In this document: positions 18,549 to 28,794 of the stretch, in pieces
Numbering within the stretch: the first letter of the stretch is position 1
Layout: each line of letters starts with the position of its first letter
Assembly: GCA_040389925.1 (NCBI GenBank)
Contig: JAZJZJ010000110.1
Location: 24,504 to 88,503, forward strand
Length of the DNA: 64,000 bases
Direction: 5' to 3'
Origin: Pseudomonadota bacterium
Lineage (GTDB): Bacteria; Pseudomonadota; Gammaproteobacteria; Burkholderiales; Burkholderiaceae_C
Program-made: the position numbers and the translations under genes
Notes under the pieces: model-generated
What the model was told of the DNA's origin: nothing
Databases searched by the model: none
What the model saw: only the letters and a program-made list of their open reading frames with translations

Positions 18549-19718
18549 ATGCGCATCCTCAACATCATTCACTCGGTCAATCCGGTCCATGGCGGTCCGG
18601 CCGAGGGGCTGCGCCAACTGATCGGCGCCAACGCGGGCCTCGGCCATCGCCACGAGGTCGTCACGCTCGATGCGCCAGGCGCGTCCTGGCTGGCCGACTT
18701 TCCCGCGCCGCTGCACCCCGTCGGCCCGGCGCACTGGAACTACGGCTACACGCCGCGCCTGGCGCCCTGGCTGAGGGCGCATGCGCAGGCGTTCGACGCG
18801 GTGATCGTGCACGGCCTGTGGCAGTACCAGAGCTTCGGCAGCTGGCGCGTGCTGCGTCGGCTCGGCGTGCCGTACTACGTGTTCTTCCACGGCATGCTCG
18901 ACCCCTGGTTCAAGCGCGAGTACCCGCTCAAGCACCTCAAGAAGTGGCTGTACTGGCCGTGGGCCGAGTACCGCGTGCTGCGCGACGCGCGCGCGGTGCT
19001 GTTCACCGCCGAAGAGGAATCGCGCCTCGCGCCACAGTCGTTCTGGCTCTACAAGGCGCGGCACGTGGTGGTCGGCTACGGCATGGCGCTGAATGACACG
19101 GCGCTCGCCGCCGATGCGCAAGCCTTCCACGCGGCCTTCCCGGACACGCGCGGCAAGCGCCTCGTGCTGTTCCTCGGCCGCATCCACCCGAAGAAGGGCT
19201 GCGACTTGCTGATCGACGCCTTTGCCGAAGTCGCCGGGCGCGATCCATCGCTGCACCTGGTGTTGGCCGGGCCGGACCAGGTCGGCTGGCGCAGCGCGCT
19301 GCACGAGCAGGCATCGCAGCGGGGTGTCGCGCAGCGCATCACTTGGTGCGGAATGCTCGCTGGCGAGCTCAAGTGGTCGGCCTACCGTGCCGCCGAGGTG
19401 TTCGCACTGCCATCGCATCAAGAGAACTTCGGCATTGTCGTGGCCGAGGCGTTGGCGCTCGGCCGGCCTGTGCTGATTTCGGACAAGGTCAACATCTGGC
19501 GCGAGATCGTGCAGGCGGAGGCCGGGTTTGCCGCAACCGATACGGTGGCCGGCACCGCGGACAGCCTGCGGCGCTGGTTGGATCTGGACGCCGCCCAGCG
19601 CGCTGCGATGGGATCGCGGGCCGTCGCCTGCTACCAGCAGAACTTCCACATGGCAGCGGCGGCGCAGCGGCTGGTCGACACCATCAGCGCACCGGCCGCC
19701 ATCGGCGCGAAGGTGTGA
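18549..19718 (+). CDS. GT4 glycosyltransferase
   Basis: MRILNII..GGP N-terminus, FLGRIHPKKG, and PSHQENFGIVVAEA. An alternative ATG at 18525 overlaps the tpsA stop (TAATG). Confidence 0.92.
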   Translation: MRILNIIHSVNPVHGGPAEGLRQLIGANAGLGHRHEVVTLDAPGASWLADFPAPLHPVGPAHWNYGYTPRLAPWLRAHAQAFDAVIVHGLWQYQSFGSWRVLRRLGVPYYVFFHGMLDPWFKREYPLKHLKKWLYWPWAEYRVLRDARAVLFTAEEESRLAPQSFWLYKARHVVVGYGMALNDTALAADAQAFHAAFPDTRGKRLVLFLGRIHPKKGCDLLIDAFAEVAGRDPSLHLVLAGPDQVGWRSALHEQASQRGVAQRITWCGMLAGELKWSAYRAAEVFALPSHQENFGIVVAEALALGRPVLISDKVNIWREIVQAEAGFAATDTVAGTADSLRRWLDLDAAQRAAMGSRAVACYQQNFHMAAAAQRLVDTISAPAAIGAKV

Positions 19719-19814
19719 GACCCGTTGCAGCCGGACTCGGGCTCGATTCACGCCCTTGAAACATAGGCTGTCTACGCTCCACGGTTCTGTACTGTCTATG
19801 GCACCGCGCTGGTC

Positions 19815-21566
19815 ATGAAAAAACTGATACTCCTCGGCCTCGCGCTGGCCTGCCTGCTCGGCGCCTCCCTGTCGCATGCGGCTTGGAATCCGGACTGGAA
19901 GCAGCGCAGCAAGATCGGCCTCAACACCGCTGCGGACGGCTTGGCGATCACCGCCGCGGTCGACTCGGCCGCGGTGCTCGTGCGTCTGCACACCGGCAAC
20001 TTCCAGTTCGTCGAGGCCAAGCCCGACGGCACCGACCTGCGCTTCGTCGCGGCCGACGACAAGACGCCGCTGAAGTACCACATCGAAAAGTTCGACGGCC
20101 TCAACGAACTGGCGCTGGTCTGGGTCCAGGTGCCCAAGCTCGCGCCCGGCGCCAAGAGCGACTTCGTCTGGCTGTACTACGGCAACCCTGCGGCCGCAGC
20201 CGGCGACGACGCCAAGGGCACGTACGACGCGGCGCAAGGCTTGGTCTACCACTTCGGCGAGCGTGAGGCGCTGCCGCAGGATGCGACCGCCAATGCGAAC
20301 CACGCGGTGCGCTCGACCGCCAAGTCGGTGGGTACCGGCCTGATCGGTGGCGGACTGGTCTTCGACGGCAGTGCGGAGCTGGTGCTACCGGCGACGCCGT
20401 CGCTGAAGTCCGCGACGAACGGGATGACGCTGTCGCTCTGGATCAAGCCGGCCGAAGGCGCCGACGCGGCGCTCTATGCGCAGACCGAAGGCGCCGGCGG
20501 ATTGCGCGTGTCGCTGCGCGGCGGCAAGCTGGTGGCGCAGTCGGGCGCGCTGACGGCCACCTCGGCCGCGCCGGTGAACCCGCTCGCGTGGCAGCACGTG
20601 GCGGTGGTCGCGAAGGACGGACTGACGCTCTACCTGAACGGCCAGGAAGTCGGCAAGGCCGCCGGCGTCGTGCCGGAGCTGGGCGGTGCTGCCGTGGTCG
20701 GCAAGGGTTTCAAGGGCGAGATCGACGAGCTTCAGGTGTCGACCACGGCCCGCCAGCCCGACTGGATCAAGGTGATCGCGCAATCGCAGGGGCAGGATCA
20801 GAAGCTGGTCGTGTATGGCCCCGCGGACGATGGCGCCGAAGCCGACGGCGGCCCGTCGTACCTGAAGATTCTGCTGAGCGCGGTGACCCTGGACGGCTGG
20901 ATTGTCATCGGCATCCTGATGGTGATGTTCGTGATCAGCGTCTACGTGATGATCGCGAAGGCCGCGTTCGTGCGCACCGCGGCGCGTGACAACGAGCGCT
21001 TCAAGGCCCAGTTCGAAAAGTTGTTCGACTCGATCGTCACCGGGCCGACCGGCGACGGCAATCCGGTGCGCGACGAGAAGGTCGCGGCGCGGCGCTTCAA
21101 GGGCTCGTCGCTGTACCGGCTTTACGCCGCCGGGGCGCACGAGCTGCGCAGCCGCTTCGAGGTCTATGCGAAGGCCGGGCGCGATCCGCTGCTCAGCGAC
21201 CAGTCGATCAACGCGATCCGTGCCACCGTCGACGCGCGCCTGGTGCGCGAGCAGCAGCGCCTGAACTCGCAGATGGTGCTGCTGACGATCTGCATCGCCG
21301 GCGGTCCGTTCCTCGGCCTGCTCGGCACGGTGGTCGGCGTGATGATCACCTTCGCGGCGATCGCGGCGGCCGGCGATGTGAACGTCAACGCGATCGCGCC
21401 CGGCATCGCGGCGGCGCTGGTGGCCACGGTGGCCGGCCTGGCGGTCGCGATTCCGGCGCTGTTCGGCTACAACTACCTGACCAGCAAGATCGGCGAGCTG
21501 ACCTCGGACATGCAGGTCTTCATCGACGAGCTGGTCACGCGCATCGCCGAGACCCACTCGGTCTGA
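19815..21566 (+). CDS. exbB: DUF2341/LamG-domain fused ExbB/MotA/TolQ proton channel
   Basis: Signal peptide; WNPDWKQRSKI..DGTDLRFVAADDKTPL (DUF2341-like); LamG-like WQHVAVV; C-terminal GPFLGLLGTVVGVM and PGIAAALVATVAGLAVAIPA. Confidence 0.9.
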   Translation: MKKLILLGLALACLLGASLSHAAWNPDWKQRSKIGLNTAADGLAITAAVDSAAVLVRLHTGNFQFVEAKPDGTDLRFVAADDKTPLKYHIEKFDGLNELALVWVQVPKLAPGAKSDFVWLYYGNPAAAAGDDAKGTYDAAQGLVYHFGEREALPQDATANANHAVRSTAKSVGTGLIGGGLVFDGSAELVLPATPSLKSATNGMTLSLWIKPAEGADAALYAQTEGAGGLRVSLRGGKLVAQSGALTATSAAPVNPLAWQHVAVVAKDGLTLYLNGQEVGKAAGVVPELGGAAVVGKGFKGEIDELQVSTTARQPDWIKVIAQSQGQDQKLVVYGPADDGAEADGGPSYLKILLSAVTLDGWIVIGILMVMFVISVYVMIAKAAFVRTAARDNERFKAQFEKLFDSIVTGPTGDGNPVRDEKVAARRFKGSSLYRLYAAGAHELRSRFEVYAKAGRDPLLSDQSINAIRATVDARLVREQQRLNSQMVLLTICIAGGPFLGLLGTVVGVMITFAAIAAAGDVNVNAIAPGIAAALVATVAGLAVAIPALFGYNYLTSKIGELTSDMQVFIDELVTRIAETHSV

Positions 21567-21576
21567 TGGGGCGGCC

Positions 21577-21981
21577 ATGAAACTCCAGAGCGCCAACAAG
21601 GCCTACGACGACATCAACGTCACGCCGATGCTCGACTTGGCCTACGTGCTGCTGGTGATCTTCATCATCATGACGACCGCGTCGGTGCAGGGCATCAAGG
21701 TCAACCTGCCGAAGGCCAGCGCCGCGCCCAGTCTGGCCAAGCCGCTGACCAAGGCCATCACGATCCGCGACGACGGCCAAGTGTTCCTCGACACCTACCC
21801 GGTGACGATGCGGGAGCTCGAAGACCGCCTGCGCCAGATGAAGGCCGTGAACCCGAGCTTCCCGGTCGTGATCAAGGGCGACGCGAAGGTCCACTACGAG
21901 AAGGTCGTCGACGTGCTCGACCTGATGGGCCGGCTCGACATCACCCAACTCGGCCTGGTCACCCAGCGCTTGGTGAAATAG
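21577..21981 (+). CDS. exbD: ExbD/TolR biopolymer transport protein
   Basis: DINVTPMLDLAYVLLVIFII TM with the conserved Asp, and VVIKGDAKVHY. Confidence 0.93.
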   Translation: MKLQSANKAYDDINVTPMLDLAYVLLVIFIIMTTASVQGIKVNLPKASAAPSLAKPLTKAITIRDDGQVFLDTYPVTMRELEDRLRQMKAVNPSFPVVIKGDAKVHYEKVVDVLDLMGRLDITQLGLVTQRLVK

Positions 21982-22007
21982 TGGCCGGCGCGCCCGGGAC
22001 TTGAGCC

Positions 22008-22700
22008 ATGGACGATGACGACGACGATGACGACGCGAGCGCCCGCGGCACCGGCCGGGTCAAGACGGTCGCGCTGTGGCTCGCGGGCATCGCCGGCATG
22101 GTCGCGGCGGTGCTGCTGCTGATGCAGTTCCTCGCGACACCACCGGGCAAGAAGTCGGGTGTGCATCAGATCGCGCTGATCAAGCAGCCGCCGCCCCCGC
22201 CGCCGCCGAAGCCGCCCGAAAAGCCGCCCGAGCCGCCCAAGGTCAAGGAAGAAGTCAAGATCGATGCGCCGAAGGACGAGCCCAAGCCCGAGCAGCCCAA
22301 GGCCGCCGACGAAAAGCCGGCCTCCGACAAACCCCTCGGGGTCGATGCCGATGGCAGCGCCGGTGCCGACGGCTTCGGCCTGGCCGCCAACCGTGGCGGC
22401 CGTGATCTGCTGACCACGGGGGGTGGTGGTGGCGGGGCGTACTACTCGGGTCTGCTGCAGCGCGAATTCTTCGAGGCGCTGGTGCGCAACCGCAAGCTGC
22501 TGAAAGACGAGTTCCGGGTCGTCGTCAGGGTCTGGATCGGCGACGACGGCCGGGTCCAGAAGGCCGACATCGTGAGCGGCTCCGGCAACCCGCAGTTCGA
22601 CGACCAGATCCAGCTGACCCTGCTCGAAATGAACCCGCTGAAGGACGTGCCGCCGCGATCGATGCGCCCGATGCAGCTGCGCCTGAGCAATCGTTCATGA
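22008..22700 (+). CDS. TonB/TolA-like energy transducer
   Basis: N-terminal TM anchor, Pro/Lys/Glu-rich linker (PPPPPPPKPPEKPPEPPK), and a TonB-C-like domain (VRVWIGDDGRV..SGSGNPQFD). Confidence 0.85.
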   Translation: MDDDDDDDDASARGTGRVKTVALWLAGIAGMVAAVLLLMQFLATPPGKKSGVHQIALIKQPPPPPPPKPPEKPPEPPKVKEEVKIDAPKDEPKPEQPKAADEKPASDKPLGVDADGSAGADGFGLAANRGGRDLLTTGGGGGGAYYSGLLQREFFEALVRNRKLLKDEFRVVVRVWIGDDGRVQKADIVSGSGNPQFDDQIQLTLLEMNPLKDVPPRSMRPMQLRLSNRS

Positions 22701-22731
22701 GCCCGCCCAATCCCTTGCCCTGTGCCACCCC

Positions 22732-24276
22732 ATGAAACCCACTTCCGTTCGCCTGACCCTGGCCTTGTCGCTGGCCGTCATGGCCTTTCCCGTCGCCGCG
22801 CAGGATCGCGACATCGACAAGGTCCGCGCCGCCACCGCCAAGCTGATCGGCTTGCTGGTGGACCAAGGCGTGCTGGCGCGCGACAAGGCCGAGGCGCTGC
22901 TCAACGACGTGGCGAAGCCGGTGACGGCGCCGGGTGCCGGTGCCACGCCCGCGGCCGCGAAAGGCGGTGCAGCGGCCGGCACGGTTCGGGTGCCTTACGT
23001 CCCGGAGTTCGTGCGCAAGGAACTGAAGGACGAGTTGCGCGCCGAGCTCGTGGCCCAGGCCGCACGCGAGGGCTGGGCCGCGCCGGGCGCCGTGCCCGAG
23101 TGGACCCGCGGCCTGTCGTGGGAAGGGGACCTGCGCACCCGCTACCAGTTCGACAACTTCGCGCCCAACAACGCGCCGGCGGTCAGCGTGACCGAGACCA
23201 ACCGCAACCGTGCGATCGGCCTGCTCAACACCACCGAAGACCGGCATCGTCTGCGGGCGCGCGCGCGCCTCGGACTGACCGCAGTCATCGACGACCACTG
23301 GTCGGCAGGTGTGCGCCTGACCACCGGCAACACGACCGATCCGATCTCGTCGAACCAGACCCTCGGCGTCTACAACAACCGCTACACCGCGGCCTTCGAC
23401 CGCGCCTACATCCGCTACCGCCTCGGCGATGACTTCAACGCGGTGGCCGGGCGTTTCGGCAACCCCTGGTTCGGCACCGATCTGCTGTGGGCCAACGACT
23501 TGGGTTTCGACGGTGTGGCCGCCCAGTGGACGCCGCGCGTGAACGACCGCATCCGCGGCTTCGTCACGATCGCCGGGATGCCGGTGCAGGAAGTCGAACT
23601 GGGGTCGGCCGACAAGTGGCTGCTGGGCGGGCAGGTCGGCGCCACGCTGGCCAGCTCGGCCAAGGGCATCGGCGCCAAGCTGGGGCTGGGCTACTTCCAG
23701 TACCGCAACCTGCTCGGGCAGTTGAGCCCGACCGGCTCGACCCTGAACGAATTCACCGCGCCCCAGTTCGCCCAGAAAGGCAACACCTACTACAACATCT
23801 CGTCCGACCCGGCCCGGCCGCTGCTGGCGCTGGCTTCCGAGTACCGGCTCGTCAACCTGACGGGCCAGATCGACTTCCCGGTGTTGGCCGACAAGCGCGT
23901 CGTGGTCGTGGGCGACTTCGTGCGCAACATCGGCTTCGACCGGGCCGCGGTGAGCGAGCGGGCCGGCGTCGACGTGAAGCCGATGACGACCGCCTACCAC
24001 GTGCGGGTCGGCTTCGGCAACGCCGAGGTCAAGGCGCGCCACGACTGGCAGGTGTTCATGGCCTACAAGCGGATCGAGCGCGATTCGATGCTCGACGCCT
24101 TCACCGACAGCGACTTCCGCCTCGGCGGCACCGATGCCAAGGGCTACATCCTGGGCGGCAGCTACGGCTTGGGCAAGAACACAGCGGCCTCGCTGCGCTT
24201 CTTCAGCGGCGATTCGATCGCGGGCGCGCCGCTGTCGATCGACGTGCTGCAGTTCGATCTGAACGTGCGCTTCTGA
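22732..24276 (+). CDS. Putative porin (Porin_5-like) with N-terminal periplasmic helical extension
   Basis: Signal peptide; LIGLLVDQGVL; VRVPYVPEFVR; GDLRTRY; DAFTDSDFRLGGTDAKGY; terminal FDLNVRF. Confidence 0.85.
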   Translation: MKPTSVRLTLALSLAVMAFPVAAQDRDIDKVRAATAKLIGLLVDQGVLARDKAEALLNDVAKPVTAPGAGATPAAAKGGAAAGTVRVPYVPEFVRKELKDELRAELVAQAAREGWAAPGAVPEWTRGLSWEGDLRTRYQFDNFAPNNAPAVSVTETNRNRAIGLLNTTEDRHRLRARARLGLTAVIDDHWSAGVRLTTGNTTDPISSNQTLGVYNNRYTAAFDRAYIRYRLGDDFNAVAGRFGNPWFGTDLLWANDLGFDGVAAQWTPRVNDRIRGFVTIAGMPVQEVELGSADKWLLGGQVGATLASSAKGIGAKLGLGYFQYRNLLGQLSPTGSTLNEFTAPQFAQKGNTYYNISSDPARPLLALASEYRLVNLTGQIDFPVLADKRVVVVGDFVRNIGFDRAAVSERAGVDVKPMTTAYHVRVGFGNAEVKARHDWQVFMAYKRIERDSMLDAFTDSDFRLGGTDAKGYILGGSYGLGKNTAASLRFFSGDSIAGAPLSIDVLQFDLNVRF

Positions 24277-24316
24277 GCTGCACCTTCCGAATCCCCCAGC
24301 CTCCCGGACACCGACC

Positions 24317-25003
24317 ATGGTTGATTCCCTCCTTCGCCGCGCATCCGCAGGGGCCTTGCCGCTGGCGCTGGCGCTCGCCCTGGGCAGCGCGACCGGTGGC
24401 GCCTGGGCGCAGGGCGCCGACAAGAGCGCCGAGAGGGCCGCGCGCCGCATGCAGCTCCAGATGCAGAACCTGCAGCAACAGGTGCAGGACGCCCAAGCCG
24501 CCAAGAGCAAGATCGAGACCGACAAAGCAACACTCGACAAACAAGTGCTGGACCAGGCGCAGCAGTTGGCGCGGCTGAAGGGCGCGTTGCCCCGGGCCAA
24601 CCAGCAGCTGACCGCAGCAGAGGCGGAGCGTGCCCGCTTGGCGGCCATGGTCGCCGCACTCGAAAAACAGCTCGCCGAGCAGAAGCGTGACGCCGATGAG
24701 GCGCTGGCGCTGAAGGGCCGCGAGCTGGTGCAGTTCACGAAGGCACGCGACGAGCAGCAGACGCAGCTGCAGCGCCGGCTCGACGATCAGCTCGGCCAGG
24801 TGGCCGAATGCAGCGTGAAGAACGACCGGCTGATCAAGCTGAGCGCGGAGTTGCTCGACCGCTATCGCACCAAGACCGCTTCCGATGCGCTGCGCCAGCG
24901 CGAGCCGGTACTCGGCTTCGGCGACGTGCAGATGTTCAACCTCGTCCAAGACTATCGCGACAAGACCGACGCCGAGCGCTTTTCCCCATCCATCAACAGG
25001 TGA
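24317..25003 (+). CDS. Exported coiled-coil protein of unknown function
   Basis: Signal peptide ending AWA, long Q/A/E/L heptads, and a C-terminal CSVKNDRL..REPVLG segment. Confidence 0.75.
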   Translation: MVDSLLRRASAGALPLALALALGSATGGAWAQGADKSAERAARRMQLQMQNLQQQVQDAQAAKSKIETDKATLDKQVLDQAQQLARLKGALPRANQQLTAAEAERARLAAMVAALEKQLAEQKRDADEALALKGRELVQFTKARDEQQTQLQRRLDDQLGQVAECSVKNDRLIKLSAELLDRYRTKTASDALRQREPVLGFGDVQMFNLVQDYRDKTDAERFSPSINR

Positions 25004-25014
25004 AGCCCACGAAA

Positions 25015-25689
25015 ATGACCTCCCATCGCGCACTGAAGTTCGTCCCGCGCCTGACCAGGATCACCGCGACGTTCAGCCTCAGTTTGCTAGCCGCCTGCTC
25101 CAGCATGTCCCTGCCGTTCTTCGAGAGCTCGGCACCTGCTGCAGGGCCCTACCCGGGACCGTCGCGAAACATGGGGGACCGCCTCGACGCCGTCCTGGTG
25201 ACCGACCCGGCCTACCTGATCGGCCCCGAAGACGCGCTCGAGATCGCGGTCTGGCGCGACGAGACCTTGAAGGCGGCGGCGCTGGTGCGTCCCGACGGCG
25301 GCATCTCGTTTCCGCTGGCAGGCGACTTCATCGTCGCGGGCAAGACCGCGTCGCAGGTGCGTGACGAACTCGTCAAGCGACTCGAGAAGTTCATCCCGGA
25401 GCCGGTGGTCACGGTCTCGGTGGTGCGGGTGGCGAGCTACCGCATCTACGTGCTGGGCCGTGTCAACAAGCCGGGCGACTTTCAGGTCGGGCGCAACATC
25501 GACGTGCTGCAGGCGCTGAGCATCGCCGGCGGCATGACGCCGTTCGCGTCGGAAGACGGCATCCGTGTCATTCGCAAGATCGACGGCAAGTCCGTCTCGA
25601 TCCCGTTCCAGTATTCCCGGGTGCGAAGGGGCGGGGATCTGTCGCAGAACATCACGCTGAAAAGCGGAGACGTGCTGCTGGTTCCATGA
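25015..25689 (+). CDS. Polysaccharide export lipoprotein (short Wza/OPX family)
   Basis: Lipobox LLAAC; YLIGPEDALEIAVW; VRPDGGISFPLAG; SLBB domain; LKSGDVLLVP. Confidence 0.92.
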   Translation: MTSHRALKFVPRLTRITATFSLSLLAACSSMSLPFFESSAPAAGPYPGPSRNMGDRLDAVLVTDPAYLIGPEDALEIAVWRDETLKAAALVRPDGGISFPLAGDFIVAGKTASQVRDELVKRLEKFIPEPVVTVSVVRVASYRIYVLGRVNKPGDFQVGRNIDVLQALSIAGGMTPFASEDGIRVIRKIDGKSVSIPFQYSRVRRGGDLSQNITLKSGDVLLVP

Positions 25690-26924
25690 GTCCGGCTCGC
25701 GTCGAGCGGCGCTGGCAGGCGCTGTGCGTCGCGACCCTGGGCCTGGCACCCATCGCGGCGCGGGCCGACCTGTGGTCGATCGAAAACAGCGCGAGTTCGC
25801 GGCTGGAATGGAATGACAACGCCGCGCTCGCTCACGCCTCGCCCGGCAGCGTGAACACGCTGTCCTTGTCCAACGCGCTCAACGCCTCGCGGCAACTGGA
25901 GAACTCGGTGACCCGCATGAAAGCCGATATCACCGCGCTGCGCCAGCAGGGTGCCGGCGGGCAGGACCGGATCGACGGCCAGCTGGCGCTGACGCAGTTG
26001 TTCAGCGACCCGTTGAACAGCCTGAACCTCGCCGCGCAGTACTCGCAGGACTTCAACGACGTGGTCCGGAGTGCCGATGTGACCGTGGGTCAGGGACGGC
26101 GCCGGACAACGCTGCTCTCGGCCGGCTGGTCGCGCGCATTGTCCGAGCGGCTGAGCGCGAGCACCCAGCTGTCGGTCGGGCGCACCGCCTACGGGCGGGC
26201 GTTGTCGGGCGCGGTCGGGTTCCGCGACACTGCGCTGTCGGGCGGGGTGTCGTATGCGTTGTCCGAGATCGCCAGCCTGAGCCTGCAGGCCAGCCGTTCC
26301 GGCTACCGCGCCGCCGACGACCGCAACCGCTCGACCACCGACGCCGTCAACCTGAGCCTGGCGGGGGCGATCTCCGACCGGTCCAGCGGCTCGGTGGGCC
26401 TCGGCGCTTACCGAACGGCGAGCGAAGCGCAGGGCGCACGCCTTGCCTGTCCGCTCGCCACCGCCTTGTGCGAGGCGGGCCTGGTGCCGTTCGTGATCGT
26501 CAGCGAGCGTTTCGCCAGCGCGCGCCGCGGCCTGCAGTTCAGTGCCGCGGTCCGCTACCAGCTCGATCCAACCACCGATGCATCGTTCAGCGTGGCGCGC
26601 CAGCAGCTGCCCAGCGGCGCCGGGGTGCTGGTACGCAACGACAGCTTGAGCGCGGGCATCAACCGCAGCTTCTCGCCGACGCTCTCGGGCGCGCTGAACT
26701 ATGCGCGCTCGCGCTCGACGCTTCACGAGAGTGCCGGCGCCGCGCGGCCCGGCCACCAGACGCTGTCGTTGTCATTGTCGAAACAGCTCGCGCCGGCGCT
26801 CAGCCTGCAGGCCGGCTACCAGCGCAGCGAGTCGGACTCTTCTGGCCATGGCGCCGGCGCACGGTCGAACAGCGTCAGTGTGACGCTGAAGTACGACTGG
26901 TCCCGGTTCGACGCGAGCCGCTGA
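25686..26924 (+). CDS. EPS-associated outer-membrane beta-barrel protein
   Basis: Signal peptide, Ser-rich alternating beta strands, terminal VTLKYDW strand. Overlaps the OPX stop (ATGA) and sits between the OPX and Wzc genes. Confidence 0.7.
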   Translation: MSPARVERRWQALCVATLGLAPIAARADLWSIENSASSRLEWNDNAALAHASPGSVNTLSLSNALNASRQLENSVTRMKADITALRQQGAGGQDRIDGQLALTQLFSDPLNSLNLAAQYSQDFNDVVRSADVTVGQGRRRTTLLSAGWSRALSERLSASTQLSVGRTAYGRALSGAVGFRDTALSGGVSYALSEIASLSLQASRSGYRAADDRNRSTTDAVNLSLAGAISDRSSGSVGLGAYRTASEAQGARLACPLATALCEAGLVPFVIVSERFASARRGLQFSAAVRYQLDPTTDASFSVARQQLPSGAGVLVRNDSLSAGINRSFSPTLSGALNYARSRSTLHESAGAARPGHQTLSLSLSKQLAPALSLQAGYQRSESDSSGHGAGARSNSVSVTLKYDWSRFDASR

Positions 26925-26975
26925 GCCCCGATCTTCGCCGCCCCCACCGAAACCTGCCCAACCCGAACCCACACC

Positions 26976-28772
26976 ATGTCAGCCGCCCCGCCGGACCTCT
27001 ACAACCCCGTCGACTCTCCCGCACAGGGCAAGACGCTGAACGACTACCTCGGCATCCTGCGCCGGCGCCGCGCGCTGTTGCTGGTGGTGTTCCTCGTGCT
27101 GTTGCTGATCGCCACCGTGGTGGCGGTGGCACTGCCGCCGGTGTACCGCTCGACAGCGACGATCCTGATCAAGGAGCAGGAGATCCCGCAGGAGTTCGTG
27201 CGCTCGACCGTGACCAGCTTCGCCGACGAACGCATCCAGGTCATCAGCCAGCAGGTCATGACCCGCTCGACCTTGCTCGACCTGGTCGACAAGTACGCCC
27301 TGTACGGCACCGCGCGGCAGCGCGAAACCAGCGAGGAAATCCTCGACCGGATGCGCCGCGACATCAAGCTGACGCCGATCAGCGCCGAAGTCACCGACCG
27401 GCGCAGCGGCTCGCCGGTCAAGACGACGATCGCGTTCAGCCTGTCCTATGACAGCGAGATTGCCGCCAACGCGCAGAAGATCGCCAACGAGCTGACCACG
27501 CTGTACCTGAACGAGAACGTCAAGAACCGGCAGCAGAAGGCGGCGGAAACAACCTCGTTCCTCGACGAGGAACTGGCCCGCGTCAGCGAGCACATCTCCG
27601 AACTCGAACAGGCGCTGTCGGCCTTCAAGCTGCGCAACCAGGGCCGGCTGCCGGAACTGAGCGTTTCCAACCAGGTTGGCAGCGAGCGCACCAATGGCGA
27701 GATCCAGCGGATCGAACGCGACATCATCTTCCTCGAAGAGCGCCGGATGTCGCTGCAGACCCAGCTGGCCGACACCAAGCCCGGCACGCCGGTGGCCGGC
27801 GCCGGCGGCGGCACCTTGCTCGAGCCGGAAGACCGCCTGAAGTCGCTGCAGCTGCAACTGACCAGCCTCACCGGCATCTACAGCGAAGATCACCCGGACG
27901 TCAAGCGACTGCGGCGCGAGATCGCGGTGCTGAAGGTCGAAACCGGCCTGCGCGACGACGCCGCCGACCGCGACGCGAAGCTGCTCGAACTGCAGGCACA
28001 GCTGTCGCTGCTGCGCCAGAAATACTCCGACGATCACCCCGATGTGGTGCAGCTCAAGCGTGCGTTCGCCGCGATCGACCGTGCGGTACGCACCGGCGCC
28101 GATGCACCGGACGGCAAGGGCGACAGCCTGCGCCGTGCCCGCAAGCCCGACAACCCGGTCTACATCAACCTGAAGTCCCAGATCGAAACCCTCGGCTCGC
28201 AGATCCAGTCGCTGCGCAGCGAGCGTGAGGAACTGCGCAGCAAGCTCGCGTTGCTCGACACCCGGGTCAGCCAGACCCCGGAGGTCGAGCGCGAGTACTT
28301 GGAGCTGGCCCGCGACATGGACAGTTCGCGCGCGAGCTTCCGCGAACTGCGCGACAAGCAGATGAAGGCCCAGATCGCCGAACAGCTCGAACGCGGCCGC
28401 AAGGCCGAACGGTTCACGCTGATCGAACCGCCGGTGTTTCCCGAGAAGCCGTACCGTCCGAATCGCCCGCTCATCCTGCTGATGGGGCTGGTGTTCGCGC
28501 TGGCGGGCAGTCTGGGCACCGTGGCGCTGCGCGAAGCGGTCGATCAGACGGTGCACAGCGCGCGCGACGTGGTGCGCGTGCTGCAGGTGCCGGTGCTGGC
28601 GGTGTGGCCGGCGCTGCCGAGCCCGCTGCGATTGCGACGCGCTTCGTCGCTGCGCCGGATCGTCGCCGTCGGCATCGTGGTGCTGATCGTGTGTGTCGTG
28701 ACCGGCCTGCACTTCTTTTACATGCCGATCGACGTGGCGTGGTACTCGATCCTGAGGCGCATCGCCAACTGA
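26976..28772 (+). CDS. Polysaccharide co-polymerase (Wzc/GumC membrane part)
   Basis: TM followed by LPPVYRSTATILI; coiled coils with two YS(E/D)DHPDV motifs; ERFTLIEPPVFPEKPYRPNR before the second TM. Confidence 0.92.
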   Translation: MSAAPPDLYNPVDSPAQGKTLNDYLGILRRRRALLLVVFLVLLLIATVVAVALPPVYRSTATILIKEQEIPQEFVRSTVTSFADERIQVISQQVMTRSTLLDLVDKYALYGTARQRETSEEILDRMRRDIKLTPISAEVTDRRSGSPVKTTIAFSLSYDSEIAANAQKIANELTTLYLNENVKNRQQKAAETTSFLDEELARVSEHISELEQALSAFKLRNQGRLPELSVSNQVGSERTNGEIQRIERDIIFLEERRMSLQTQLADTKPGTPVAGAGGGTLLEPEDRLKSLQLQLTSLTGIYSEDHPDVKRLRREIAVLKVETGLRDDAADRDAKLLELQAQLSLLRQKYSDDHPDVVQLKRAFAAIDRAVRTGADAPDGKGDSLRRARKPDNPVYINLKSQIETLGSQIQSLRSEREELRSKLALLDTRVSQTPEVEREYLELARDMDSSRASFRELRDKQMKAQIAEQLERGRKAERFTLIEPPVFPEKPYRPNRPLILLMGLVFALAGSLGTVALREAVDQTVHSARDVVRVLQVPVLAVWPALPSPLRLRRASSLRRIVAVGIVVLIVCVVTGLHFFYMPIDVAWYSILRRIAN

Positions 28773-28794
28773 ACGCCCAGCACGAAGGCAAACG

